A DNA stretch of 64,000 nucleotides from assembly GCF_964204865.1 (NCBI RefSeq), contig NC_135260.1:20646001-20710000 (forward strand), written 5' to 3'. The DNA comes from Styela clava. Its lineage: Eukaryota. Under the pieces are notes generated by a model, which saw only the letters and a program-made list of their open reading frames with translations, ran no database searches and was not told where the DNA came from. A program made the translations under genes and the position numbers. Of this stretch, positions 1-13,000 are shown one piece after another (within the stretch, counting starts at the first letter, position 1; each line of letters begins with the position of its first letter).

Positions 1-275
1 TTTGTCTGTTTGTTTGTTTGTTTGTCTGTCTGTCTGCTAGATGCACGCGATATCTCATGAAAGCGAGGTTGAATCTGCTCCAAATTTTGCATGTGCATTC
101 ATTATAGCTCGGATCAGAAGTCTATTGATTTTCGATGGATTATGTCGTATAATCAGCGAGTTATTAATTATTTAGTGATGGGACACATGGTGTCACTATG
201 AAGTAAGAGCGCTGTCTTGGGGATCCTCAAACCTTCGATCGATAAGTCTTCGGTCTCCGACCGATATTCTCGTTT
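1..275 (+). mobile_element. Non-autonomous Helentron/DINE-like element, family C, 3' part (second copy ~20028-20317)
   Basis: Clear similarity between the two copies; (TGTC/TGTT)n microsatellite; subterminal IR ACTTATCGATC (~20030) / GATCGATAAGT (~237); 3' hairpin CGGTC-tcc-GACCG followed by a T-rich end. Confidence 0.6.
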
Positions 276-356
276 GTTTAGTTTCATGCTATGTACAAAA
301 ATGACAGATATTCTAGGCTAAATCGTCAAACAGTGCGAGTTGTCTTCATCACTTAC

Positions 357-2220
357 TATTTAAAAACTTTTGGGCCTCGACTGTCACTGTTAAATTTTCC
401 CTGACTGATTTTATCCATTTTCTGCAATGTTGGTCCGAATGCAAAAGCATATCGTCAATTTCAATGTTAGGTCTCGATTTTGCCGTATTGAATATTCCGT
501 CGAGAAATGCTTTTGAGGACTGTATTGTTCTTGTCGTATTGGATGATATAATTCTGAATTTATGTCATAAAGGATTGCAAACAAAGAAATTTTTCTTTTT
601 AGAGTCGAACCAAAGTTAATTTAGGATCAGGACCATTGACAGTTGGGTCGGATAAGGAGACACAACCATATGTATGTCTATTGAAAATTGAGCATATATA
701 TTTGAAAAAAAGTATAGTGTATTTGGATTATCAATTTCCATTAATTAATGAGAGATAAGACTTTATTTAAGTCGAATATTGATGGTCCAAGTATTTTGTA
801 GAAGACAACGATATGCCTAGTAGTACGTGGTTTGATACCAGATACTGCACTGTGGAATTACAGTGGTAAAGCCTGCCCTAGACTATGCCAAATCACACGT
901 GAAAAATATTAAGGTTTGAAAGGTTCATTTTTTGAATTTTGAATATTACGTTACATTGTAAGTCACAATGACATTTTTCGGATATGAATTTTTCACCTGT
1001 ATTTATTTGCATCAAGTTTTTCTTTGGACAGAATTTCAGGGAATGCTTTTGCTAATCTGCGGGTTATTCCATGTATTTCTGAATATCCGGTGGGAGCGAG
1101 GGTTTCGTCGTCGACTGTGTCATCAAACCAGATTTTCCAGTTTCGAAGTTTCTGAATATGAATTTGATAAATTTTTCATTATTATTTAACCTTGTGTTAT
1201 ATAAAAATTAATAATATATTCGATCACGCCGAATGCAATAACTAAATGAACAGTCATCCAAAATGCTGTAAAATGTTGATATATTTATATATAATATGTA
1301 ATTCTGAAAAGAAAAGGGTTCAGGCATGCCATGTCATATGTAAATATTCATTTACTGTATTTCATATTCAGTCTTGCATATTCATATAACAATACATATT
1401 ATTTGTCTCGGACTTTATATGTGTGATTAAAATGTGCATTCCTTGGTAAAGAGTGGCGTTGAAATATACAGAATTTGAATAAAAATGGCTTCTACCTGGA
1501 GATATTTAAACGATAATTCAGCATTTCCTGTAGAATTTAATATTGCTGTTATATCATAAAACGTTTTCATAATTTCATAATCCTCTTTGCCGGGATATCT
1601 TGATCCATGACGCGATAATAAAACAATGTGAACCAGGTTGCATCCTGAAAATATTAGTTTACACAAATAGTAAGGATGGAATGTTCCAATCGGCAATTTT
1701 TTTGCAAATTTCTCCACAATCAACGTGTTTTTGTGAGAGAGTAGCGTTTATGCCAATACACAAACAATAGTAAAAACAAATTTGAAAGTGTCCCAGAAAA
1801 TATACACAAACACATGAATTTTTAAAAATTTTCATTGCACACCGCGATTTTTATTATAGATCTTACTCAGACAGATGAATAATTACATTTTTTAAACGCC
1901 TCAAAAACAGAACGTGAGACAGTTCTGCGTGATGTGATAATAGTGAAACCTAATTCCACGCAAGTTAAAATTCAACCCCTTCGCCATCTTGCACTCTAAG
2001 ACCAGAACAATCTAACGGTAAGTGTATCCTTCACGAACGTAACCAAAATACCTTTGGGGACTTCACTGTGATCGTTTGGTAGTTTCCCTCGCACTCTGTC
2101 ATACAAAGTTTTCGTATTAAAATATTCATATGGCTGACTTTTCTCGTTCGTATGTCTGTTGATTACGGCATCCACATGCGTCGTCAGGCAGAAGAGAATA
2201 ACCAAAAAGTTTCCACACAT
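357..2220 (-). CDS. MINPP1: Multiple inositol polyphosphate phosphatase 1-like histidine phosphatase, 5' part (exons ~2220-2052, 1644-1496, 1151-997, 553-357; continues beyond the left edge)
   Basis: Signal-peptide-like N-terminus, YFNTKTLY motif, catalytic RHGSRYP, then LAPTGYSEIHGITRRL and SSNTTRTIQSSKAFLDG; GT-AG junctions are in phase. Confidence 0.85.
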
Positions 2221-2869
2221 TTTAAATACAAACTGAGTGATATTGGAGCCTAAACGCTTCTTTCACATTAAAACTACTTGTAACGGCTAAACATGCAGCA
2301 TAAATTTATCTCAATTGACAATGTCGTGTTCCATGGCATCTTGACAGATCAATCAATCGTTTTTTCGCGTCAACATGCGTGTATACGCAGTTTTGGCGCT
2401 AATGGGAATGAACAGTGTGCTGTGACGAATTGACGTAAGATCTCAACAAGTACATAATAACTATGAGGTGTACACAATTTTATGAGAAGTAGATCTTTTG
2501 TGGTGTTGCCCGAGACAGATACTATATAATGTATCTAACAGTTGCCTATGACTTCCATTGGAATACAATTTGCTCATGACGTTGACCCCGTTTTAACATT
2601 TAGTCTATATAATGTAATGTTTGAAAACATTTTCGCAATATGCCAAAGGCACGAACCCAGCTTGTAGTAAATAACAAAATTTAGAGTTTTACCCACTGGT
2701 CAGCGTATTTTTTGTAAACACCTACCTAGTTTTAGTTTCACAGTTCAGTTTTGAGTGCTTCATCTATCTAGCTTATCACCTCCGGAAACCAAAGTATTGA
2801 TACACACCAATAACAATGATAAAAACTGAACAAGATCAATCATAATCGAACGCATATCGACATCGCGAT

Positions 2870-4803
2870 TAACAAATTGTAAGACTCATCAAATTATCAT
2901 CTTCCGGTGTATAATTTCCGTGCTCCTCGCATTTTCCATCAAAGTATGTTTCAGGACTTGGTAGTCCGGCAGATTCGTGGCCGAAGCTCGTTTTGAAACA
3001 TAAAGTTTTTTTGATTGTTTGGATATAATATCGATGACATAAATAACGATACCCAGGTGAGTGTGGAGTATATAATGCTGAGCATTTTTTCTAAGTGAAT
3101 TTTAAGACGTCCGGAAGTATTCTTACCAAGATGACGTACATCCTGAACTCCAACCGGGTACACATACAATATTCAGGTTGTGCGCCATCTTGGTACGAAT
3201 ACTTCGGGAGCATCTTTTTGTTAAAAAAAATTATTTCTTAATTACATGAGTTACTTTTGAATACATAGTAACATTAAATCTCCTTACAATGTCAGAAATT
3301 CAATTTTAGTACAATGAATGGTAGTTTATTGCACTAATATAAGCCAAGATTCATTGCCAGCATCTAGCCACTTTCTTTTGCACTCTTTAAACTACATTTG
3401 TGTTGCCGCGGGCATTTCGTTTTCCTGCTTAAAGCTTCGGGACTTGGGAAATATTTTATTAGTTGAAATGGATTGGAATATTCGACCTCGTCTTTCACTC
3501 CGAACAAGGCCATGTAAAACCATCCACTGGTATCTAACAATGTGTAACGTGTTTTCTTTTGGAAGAACCGGAAACTTTCAGGTTCAGCATTGACTTTGGC
3601 CAAATTAATATATCCTTGTGGAGATAGAGGGTATGCGAAACCGAGATGTGCACCTGGTATGCCAACATAGTTGAGTCAAACACTTTGATCACTATAGTAC
3701 ACAACACACATTTCCTGAGTGCTTCGGTTGTACGTGGTAACGCGCACATGCATCAAATTCCACTTGTTTATTGACCTATAGGTTTTTGACGAGCTTTTGT
3801 GTATGATTTCATCCCATAGAATTTGTATGTTGTTCTAAAGAATACAAGTTTCAGCTTTTTCATTAATTCAAACCGCGTGTTGGGAGTAAGTTTTGTAATA
3901 TTGCGTGTTGGTTTTCAACTGGTTTATTGATATCCATCATTTGACATCCTTAAATCGATGATGCCAGTGAATCTTTAATACAAAAAGATCAGTATTATCT
4001 GCAATATAAACAGCAGTACCCGCTCAAATGACAGTTGGGGAATGGATACTCATTTCATCTGCTTCATCCCGTGGCGTTTTAATATGAAACCTGCCTTTTA
4101 CCAGTTTACATGAGTGCCAATTGGTATCTAAGCTCAGCCAGAGACAAAAAGTTTCGGACTGCGGTTAGCTTGATGAAATGTTATTAAATATACATCCTAC
4201 AATAAGATTTTTTGATTGCATATCACTGAAAGTTATGCCTTATATGTTTTTTTCCCATTGCACTATTCCTTTACTGATATTCGATAATATGACGCTCATC
4301 TGGCATAGCTTTTTAAGTTTGTAGACAAGTATAATCTTTTCCACGCAGTTCAGATGAGAATGCGCAAATATATCTAACAATCGCTAATATTGGTTTGCAC
4401 TGTGATGAAATCCCATCTTGGCATTTCCGCCTCTCGCAATTGCTGCGTATATTTATCGGAGAAGTTCTGTGGCGTGGTTATCAAATGAAGAAAACATGGG
4501 AGTATTTTTTCTACTTCTCCACTACTCTCAAACCTTGACATTTTGTGAAGCCTTTTTCCATTCAACCTTTTTTTTAAAAAACATCCCCAACAACCACAAC
4601 TGATTCTGTCATTAATCTTCCAAAACAAACACATAAAATCATCAACAAATGCATATCACCAAATAGTCAATTTAGTGTAATTTTTTGGCCTCATGTTTTT
4701 GATGTTTGTAACTAGATCTCTTGGGGATCTGTCAAACAAAGTTACATACAAAATATTCATCATGTAGTTGGAATAACTTTTTTACCACCCGTATATCATT
4801 CAT
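2870..4803 (-). pseudogene. Decayed Academ-like transposase fragment (XPG/FEN1-PIN nuclease region plus Cys-rich tail)
   Basis: Manual translation across frames gives ordered motifs: SSFDNHA, RWDFIT, RNFLS, DEADEMSIH...IADNTDLFVL (EAD/DTD-like), LPRTTEAL, AYQ, GW...PSPEAL...KC. Many stops and frameshifts. Confidence 0.5.
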
Positions 4804-7058
4804 GGTCAAGAATATTAAATGAAATAATAAAATCTAAAACCCGTTTCCGTGATTTTTTTTTGTTGTAACTGAATTCGGGGGACAGCATGACAACAGGCAA
4901 GAGAACCACGGTCGCCTCTTTTAGTGTATGACAGGGTTTCTTAAAAGGGGACTCCGGATCGGTTATCTGAGAGCACGAACAAACAGATGGGAATGCGAAT
5001 ATATAATATCTATGTATTTTTATAGAAGAGAAGAAGCAAAAGTGTTGAGGGTCTTTGGTAGTTTGAAAAGCATTGGCATGCAACATAAACATGAATTACA
5101 TTCTTTCTCACGGATATACTATAAAATGTAGCAATTTTATCATTCGTGTTCCCGTGATAGCATTATCTTTCACTGCATCGTCGTCATCATCCCGTTGCAT
5201 AACAATCCTTGTTAACAAATAATTGACTGTTTTCCACCGAGTATATATTTGCGCACAAACTATGCGCAATCCACTTGAACCACTGTCGACTGCATCAGCA
5301 GGCCTGTGTTGTTAATTGCAACAATAGCGGGTATTTTGAAATAGTACTCTTTATTTTACGCGTGTGTTCCAACAGTGTTTCCCTGTCTATGGTTCGCGAG
5401 TCGCGACTTAAAGCTGGATCGCCTGAAAATATTTTCGGTACGATTTTTTTTTAACAAATACCTAATAGTTATTGATTTTATTTCCTAGTAGATTTGGTGC
5501 TTCCGTAGTATGTGCACCAAGATGGCGCATAACCTGAACATAGTACGTGTACGAGGTTAGATTTCAGGTTGTGCGTCATTATGGTGCACAGATTTGACGA
5601 AAAACACTAATACAAATATCAAGCCGTAAAAAAATTGCTCAAGTCTGCAAACCTCACACCCCCGTAAAAATGATAGGCAATGATCCCAAGATGAATAATC
5701 ACAAATAAAAAAAACTTAATGTCTGAAAACAATGTTGGACCTTAAAAGGCCCCTTATCTGCCGAACTATGAAATGCATCAGCTAGATTAAGTCACCAATT
5801 TTTGTTTAAGTTGAAACCATGAAAATTTGATGAAGTATGGGGAAAAAGCAACTTCATATAACGGACAAACAAATCGTCGCATGAAATATGTGCAAGGTTG
5901 ATCAAAAGATTGTTGCCATCGAAGAAGGGTTGAAAATATGAAATTCTGAGATAACGAAGTGATTTCTGACGAAAATAGCGCGAACCTACAACGCAGCAGG
6001 TCGTGGAAATAAATATAATGATGCAAAAACCCGAAAATACTTTGAGAGGTTATTTTGCCTTTGTGACGTCACAATAGTCCAGCGGTGACAATGATAATTC
6101 ATTATGACGAAACAAATGTGCATGTCATACTAAATCTCCAATTTTATGGGTTTCGGAATTCTTAAAATATAATCTGAGTTAACAGACAGGTGCGCAGCAT
6201 TACATAAATACCTATTTTATAAAAAACTCAAAATCGCCAAAACTGACTTACGCAATTCGGTTATTAGCGTGACGATATTTTATAAAGTAATTTTTTATTG
6301 AAATATCGCATTCATGGAGATCACTATAGTAATCAGATAGCGGAGTTTCATGGTTTCATACCTAAAAGTTTTACAGATGGAAAGTATACTTGTCTGTATG
6401 TTCTGTTAAGTGTGTCATTTATACCAAATTGCTAATTTCTACAAATGGTATTACAGTATACAATCATCTGTATCATAAAATTCATAATCTTGCTAGCTTA
6501 TGTGATGTACAAAATTGGTTTTATTGAACCCTCATGTCTCTACCACATATCTGAACATTGCTCATTGTTATCTAAATCACTTGTAGACCGATGAACAAAA
6601 TCGATGATAAAAAGAAATGTTGTGAAAGAAATCTATTTGCGGCGAGCATAGTTCACGGAAGGCGAATGGTGGGCTTTTAATCGTGGCGATGTATTTTACT
6701 GATTCAGATTGCGTTGTAAATATTTGTTGTTTCAAATAAAAAGTTGTTTGGGGAAATGGATTTCGTATTCCCCAAAAGCCAGCTCAGTTGTTGAAATAGT
6801 TCGCCTATTGATGAAATCAATCAATCATTTGTGGTCTTTTTCCGCTCAAAGTAGTGGTGTCTCAAACCTAATATCATTGCTTAAAATTACAATATATATT
6901 TGGTGGCTTCGCCTTCGCACCAACACGACACAAAGGTGAGATTTAACGCACCACTGCACAAAATTGGAAGAAAGCGTGCTACTAGCTTCGCACTAATCAG
7001 CCTGGCTGTGAGATTTATTCCTACGCTGCACTCGTCGAGTATGCAATAAAGTGGAACA

Positions 7059-10000
7059 ATGGCTTTCACACCTAAAATTGAGATCAATGCGGACAAGACA
7101 GCAGTAAATGTGTTGTGGGATCCCACTCATACCAGCAGGTATGTAGATATAAATGAATTGAGGAATATGTCACGAACAGAAAATCGATCCAAGAAAGCGT
7201 GTTTTTCAAGTTTATGCATGTTGGTATCGGTTGTCGGTTATCTAATTTTGTGAGAAAGATTTGCATGTACGTACGTATGTGGATATGTTTGTTTATTTAT
7301 CCCAATGATGTAATATCATCTTCATAATAAATAAGCATGGAAACACAGGTTTGATGTATTTACGAGGCTTCGTTGGCCGCAATACAGTTGCGTGATATGC
7401 AACTTTCAAATGTGTCAAAATAACAATTCATGACTGCCACTAGAACTAGCGTATATTTTACTATTAGTACGCAGCAGTTAGAAGTGTAAGCTCGACAAAA
7501 GCTGTAAATTTGGTCCAGCGACATTTAAATTATTAACCGTAGTTTTCTTTTTGAGAAGAGAAACATTGCATGGTATCGAACATTTCGTAAAATTCAAATT
7601 GGGCGTCTTCACACCAACTGACGATACTTACCCTCACGGTGACGTGTATAGTATTTAATTTTTTAAGAAATGTTCCAAAAGCAATGTCATGTCCACAAAA
7701 ATGCCAACAGCTACAGAGACTATAAGGCAGTGGTTTCCGATCGGGAGCCCGTGGCCCACCAAGGGGGCCCGGAGAGCAGTTGGAGGGGGGCCACTAGCCA
7801 GGCGCAAAACTGATTTTTCTTTAACCAGTAAACTCCCCGTTTTTCCTAGTTTCATTGATAAGGTTATTTCACAGGGTGTTTTTTTTCCTTAGTTGAGCAT
7901 GGATTGTTTGAACATAATGGGATTTGGAATCTACTAATCAAAGTAACACTATGAATACCACTGTAATGATAAAGGGAGGTCATGTGTGCTTAAATGCCTT
8001 CGGAAAGGGGTGATGAGATATAAAATGTTGTGAATCACTACTATAAGGAATCACACTGCAAAATTGGGAGTTAAGTACACGAAAGCTCACGTCCAACCGA
8101 GTCTGACGACTAAAAACTTTTTATTAGAGGACAAGGTCAAAAGAACATTGCCCGTTATAATATATATATAGAGAGAGATATGTTCAATAAAATAGCACAG
8201 TGACCCAACATTTCGTCGATGGGACAATACTAGTTTGCTGCAACCGCAACTACATGCAAATGATGCGAATCGATCTTAAGTATTATGTCTTATCGAACAA
8301 TTGCACTTTTTCATACATATCCCTCTTGCTTATAGATGCAATGTCAAGTGGCTACGGTTTCACTGTCGATGCAAACGATGTGTTCCTGAATTTTCTGGAA
8401 TGTTCCCACTTGATAAGGATGAATTTGACGACGAACTATATTTAACAAGCGCTCAAGGGAAAGGCGAGTTGGAAATAATTAATTAACTCTAGTTTCTACT
8501 TTTTGATGAACAGGTCGAAGCAGAAATCCTATCGGCTGATCATGAGCGATATGATTTATTCGTATAGACATAGGGAATGTGAAAACATTGTCAAACGTGC
8601 CGAAATTGTATTTTGCGGCGAGGCGTTAATGGTCGAGAAATCAAACGTATAGATTCGAACCGGTACTATTTGTTGACAGTTCAAAGTCTCACGGGCGAGG
8701 TTTATCCGTGTAATGTAATCTCATTATACCGTTTTTTTTTTTGGGGCCTTGGTGAATCTAGGTCATATGACGATTTACCCTTAGCTCTGTTTGTATAATT
8801 TCAAACTCTGTTTTGCTGAATTGCAAAGTCTGTTCGGCACTATTGTTGGTTTGTGGTAGATGAATAATATTTGCGCATGTTTCGCAACGTGCACCACTTG
8901 TCGACTAGCTCAGAGATGGCCAACACGTCGATCGCGATCGGCCGGTCGATCGCCTTGTCTCGAGTAGTCGATGGCGTCTGATGTTTAGTGAATTTCACAA
9001 CATACATCAAAAATTGCCTTGAACCAGTTCCATGCAGGTAGAAAATTGTAAATTAGGAAGTTTCAGCAGTCATTTAACATTTATGGTTTGGGCATATTGA
9101 TTTTTCACTGTTCCTATAATACATGGATACTTAGCGAGTTTTTTTGAGGGATTTTTAAAACTTATGACTAAAATTTAAAAAGGTCTCAAATCTGAATTGT
9201 ATGATTTGAATAAATCTTGAATATCATGATGATACATTTACTCCTGGTACAATTACATAATCATATTAACAAATGAAATGGGACATTAGGAATACAAATT
9301 TTTGTGACAATTTCATTAAGAATGTGCCCAAAGAATATTTTGTATGCGTGTGTGCAGTGCAGCTATCTGCATATTCAGTACTCATACGTTTTTGGACACG
9401 TCAGTGTACATAACGATCGTTTCAATATTATGTAGTTGTTCTTGTTGACATTCTTCTTAGTCACCATAAAATCGCTTTTCTCTTCGAATACTGGACCAAT
9501 TGTTTTAGAATTTCAGTCGATCGCGAACTATTTTGACGATTTTAGTTGATCGCGGTCGAAAGCAGGTTGGCAACCCCTCATCTAGCTCATTGTTTCCCAA
9601 CCTCAGAGGACCGGTAAAATCTGACATAATGATTTCGCGGACCAGCAACAACATATCAAATTTATTGACACGAAGCATGAAAAAATGGTGAATGGTAAGT
9701 GACCAAGTCATTTTTTTCTCGGCTTTGTGGAAGCCGTCAACACTTTTTTGAATAATGGGACATTCTTTGTTCGAAAGTACTTCGATGCTTGGCGTACGGT
9801 GCAAAAAATTGGGAATACTCCATGCTTAATATTTTTGCTTAAAAAACATTTATTATGTTGTCAAGTATGATATACTTATGTAACTGACTGTATTTACTTT
9901 TATGGAGGGGTGGTTAAAAGTTTCAGGTCTTTGAAACTCGCAGGATTCAACAAAGCGATTTCGCGATGATTGGGAATCTGAAAAACGATTACTCGACGCC

Positions 10001-13000
10001 AAGGCGTCGCCGGGAAATTAATACCACATATCAAACGCGCGATATAACGGCGGAGAGAAATCGCCCAATAAAGCAAGGCAGCGTAGCGGTTGCGCCCACA
10101 GAAAAACAAAGAAACGATAAAAGCGTCTGCCCAGCGGTTGAACCACTGGTCTAGCTTAGTGCCGAACCTTGCCCAGAACCACGTTTTAGTGACAATCGAA
10201 AGTGAGTTTTGCTGAAATTTGATTGGCTACCTGCGCTATTCAACGAAAGTACTTCACAGAGGCGTACTTATAAGGTGTGATGACGGGAGTTGACAATCAA
10301 AACGAAAGGAAAACATCAAAATACTAATATATATGTGAATGTGATATTCCTCTATTTCACTAATGATTTTGTATCAGTATATATGGCCATAACTTTTAAG
10401 TACGTTTTTGTATTTTTCCTTCTCGTTTTATCAATTTGAGTTAGATGTCATTTTGGTCAATATATTCAAGGGTTTAGAAGAAAATCCAGGCTATATCATT
10501 AAATGAATATGTTGTTAACAGATGGCGTTTTGCATGTGCAAATCGACAAAGAGGTTATGGAAAATCACGAGACAGCTATACCTTTTGAATGGCTGAAGGA
10601 AAACTGCAACTGTGATTCGTGTCTAAAAGCCGACATTGCTCGGAGCAACTTCAACTTTGCAAACCCTGCAACCACTTCTGTTCCAAGAGTTTGTTATGAC
10701 TCTCTACAATCTCAAGAGGGAAAGTTTGAGTAGGCGAAAAATTAAATTTGAATGGCACAATAATTGTATTGCGATTCTATTTCGACTTAATTGTTCATTT
10801 TAGATGCCTTAAGCAAATTGTTGACGTTGGTTTCTGCGTGATAGAAAATGTCACGAGGGAGAGTCTAACAGTGCTCAAGGTGAGAATTTGGTGTGAATTC
10901 AATCATAGAATATCCTTAATGTGCAATACTTTTAAATTGCGTGCGCATAAGCACGCTTTGCTAGTTTCTATTCACTTTGGGAAGGATTAGGACTTTGGGA
11001 ACTTCGGTTAGGATTAGGACCATACATCCAATTCTCCATACTGTCCTAGTTATATGTTGGCGAAAACGGGAGTTGACAAGAGCAAATTAACCAACCATTT
11101 CAGCATCATTTAGACACGCAAAGTATGCTTAGAAATTTTCATCGAACGAAAATAAACGTTTTAGGTTTTTTCGTCATCATTCTAGCATATGCAGTAAAAT
11201 CGGTAATATATTGTTGTACTTATATATATATATATATATATAGGACTTATTCAAAAATCTAAAAATTTCTGTTTGTAGGTTGGCGAAATGTTTGGTTATA
11301 TTCGATCGACTCTGTACGAAAAAGTAAGTGCAGTTGAGAAAGAATCTCGTTTTCAATATTGAGTTGTTGTAGTTGCGATTGTACAATTGCGAATTTGTTA
11401 TTTATTTTTGTTATAAATCAATGATACAATCGCCGGCGTCAATGGATTGCTATGGTTCCAAAAGCAAATACAAATTGTGACGATAATCTGAGTAAGTACA
11501 CAAAGTAGACGATCAAACTTGGCCATCCCCTAAAAGAAATTTAATTGAAATAGAAGGGGTGTGATGCTCGACGATCAGCGTGTGTTAAGGATGTTGTGAG
11601 CGTAAATATCTGCTATTTTTATTTAGTTTTTCCAATACCATATTAAAAACTTTGCAGTATTTGGATACAACAGCGCAAAATAGGATTCGGAAATGAATAT
11701 ACATACAAGTCAGCCGTAAAGCTCAGAAATCGATTTAGGCACATATCCCGACCTCTGGAACCATTAATACGATGATGCAATTTGCTTACTGTTTCGTTTT
11801 TATTTAGTTCTTTGATGTCAAGTATGAGCCGGATCCTTATAACTCGGCATATACCAGTTTGGGACTTCCCTACCATCAAGATTTACCGTACTATGAAGCA
11901 ATGCCGGGAGTCCAACTTCTTCATGCTCTTGAGTAAGATTTCCGAGTAGGCCTACAACATTTTCATCACGATACTATTTCCCTAATTTAATAATTTCATT
12001 TAAAAATTATCAGATGCGAAATTGGACAAAAAATTATTGTAGTAACATGAAATTTTGTAATCTTTATAAAAACTTAATACGCAACTACGCATGTTTTATA
12101 TATCTATTGATCTGCCCTTGTATTCGCCATGTAGCCACATACATACATACATACTTGCGCGATTGACGGCACTCCCGAAGTATGTGCATCAAGATGGCGC
12201 ACAACCTGAACCCTAATCTGGTACACATACTATGTTCAGGTTGTGCGCCATCTTTGTGCACATACTGAGCTCCCGATTGACTTAGAATGTGAATTTTGAT
12301 ATCGAATAATAATTCCAAATGGTGCCTTGTTTCACATTTACAGAATACAACAATTATCCTTATTTTATATTTCCTAAGCTGCTTTTTACTTCCAAAATAA
12401 TTTCCAGTAGTTGAAACCAGATGTCTGTGTGATGCATTAAAAGACATTTGAAGTACATATACAGCTACGAGAATTTGCCAGCTTCCGGGTTTTTATTAAC
12501 TTCTGAGCCGATACTTTGAGCAACATTTTTAAATAAATTTCTATCGTATTTGATAGCGATGAATATAACTATATATATATAAGAGATAAGATACGCAAAT
12601 TTTCGAGCATAATGTAAGTTCTATTAGGAGTGGATGAAGAGATATACTATGGCGAGAATTGCTCTTCTATTTTTGGTACAGACCCATATATACAGATAAA
12701 AGTTTCAACCGACTTTTCGTCCACACTGAAAAAAAAATATATATACATATGTTCCGTGTGTGCACTAGCATTTAGAACTTTACGTAACTATGTTCAGATT
12801 CGACGATTCAATCAAAGGTGGTGAATCACAGCTGGTAGATTTATTTCACGTGGCGGATATATTAAAAAAGGAATCTCCCGAAAACTTCAAAGTGCTATGT
12901 ACAGTTCCTGGTACGTTTCAAACAAAGGATTTGAACCGCCCCAACCCAGCTTGGTACGAGCATACAAGGACGCATATTGAAGTTGATTACTTTGGAAACG

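Noticed and set aside
3364-4803. In-frame TGA codons read as selenocysteine or an alternative genetic code
   Set aside because: TAA/TAG stops and frameshifts are also present, and neighbouring genes use the standard code; pseudogene decay is simpler.
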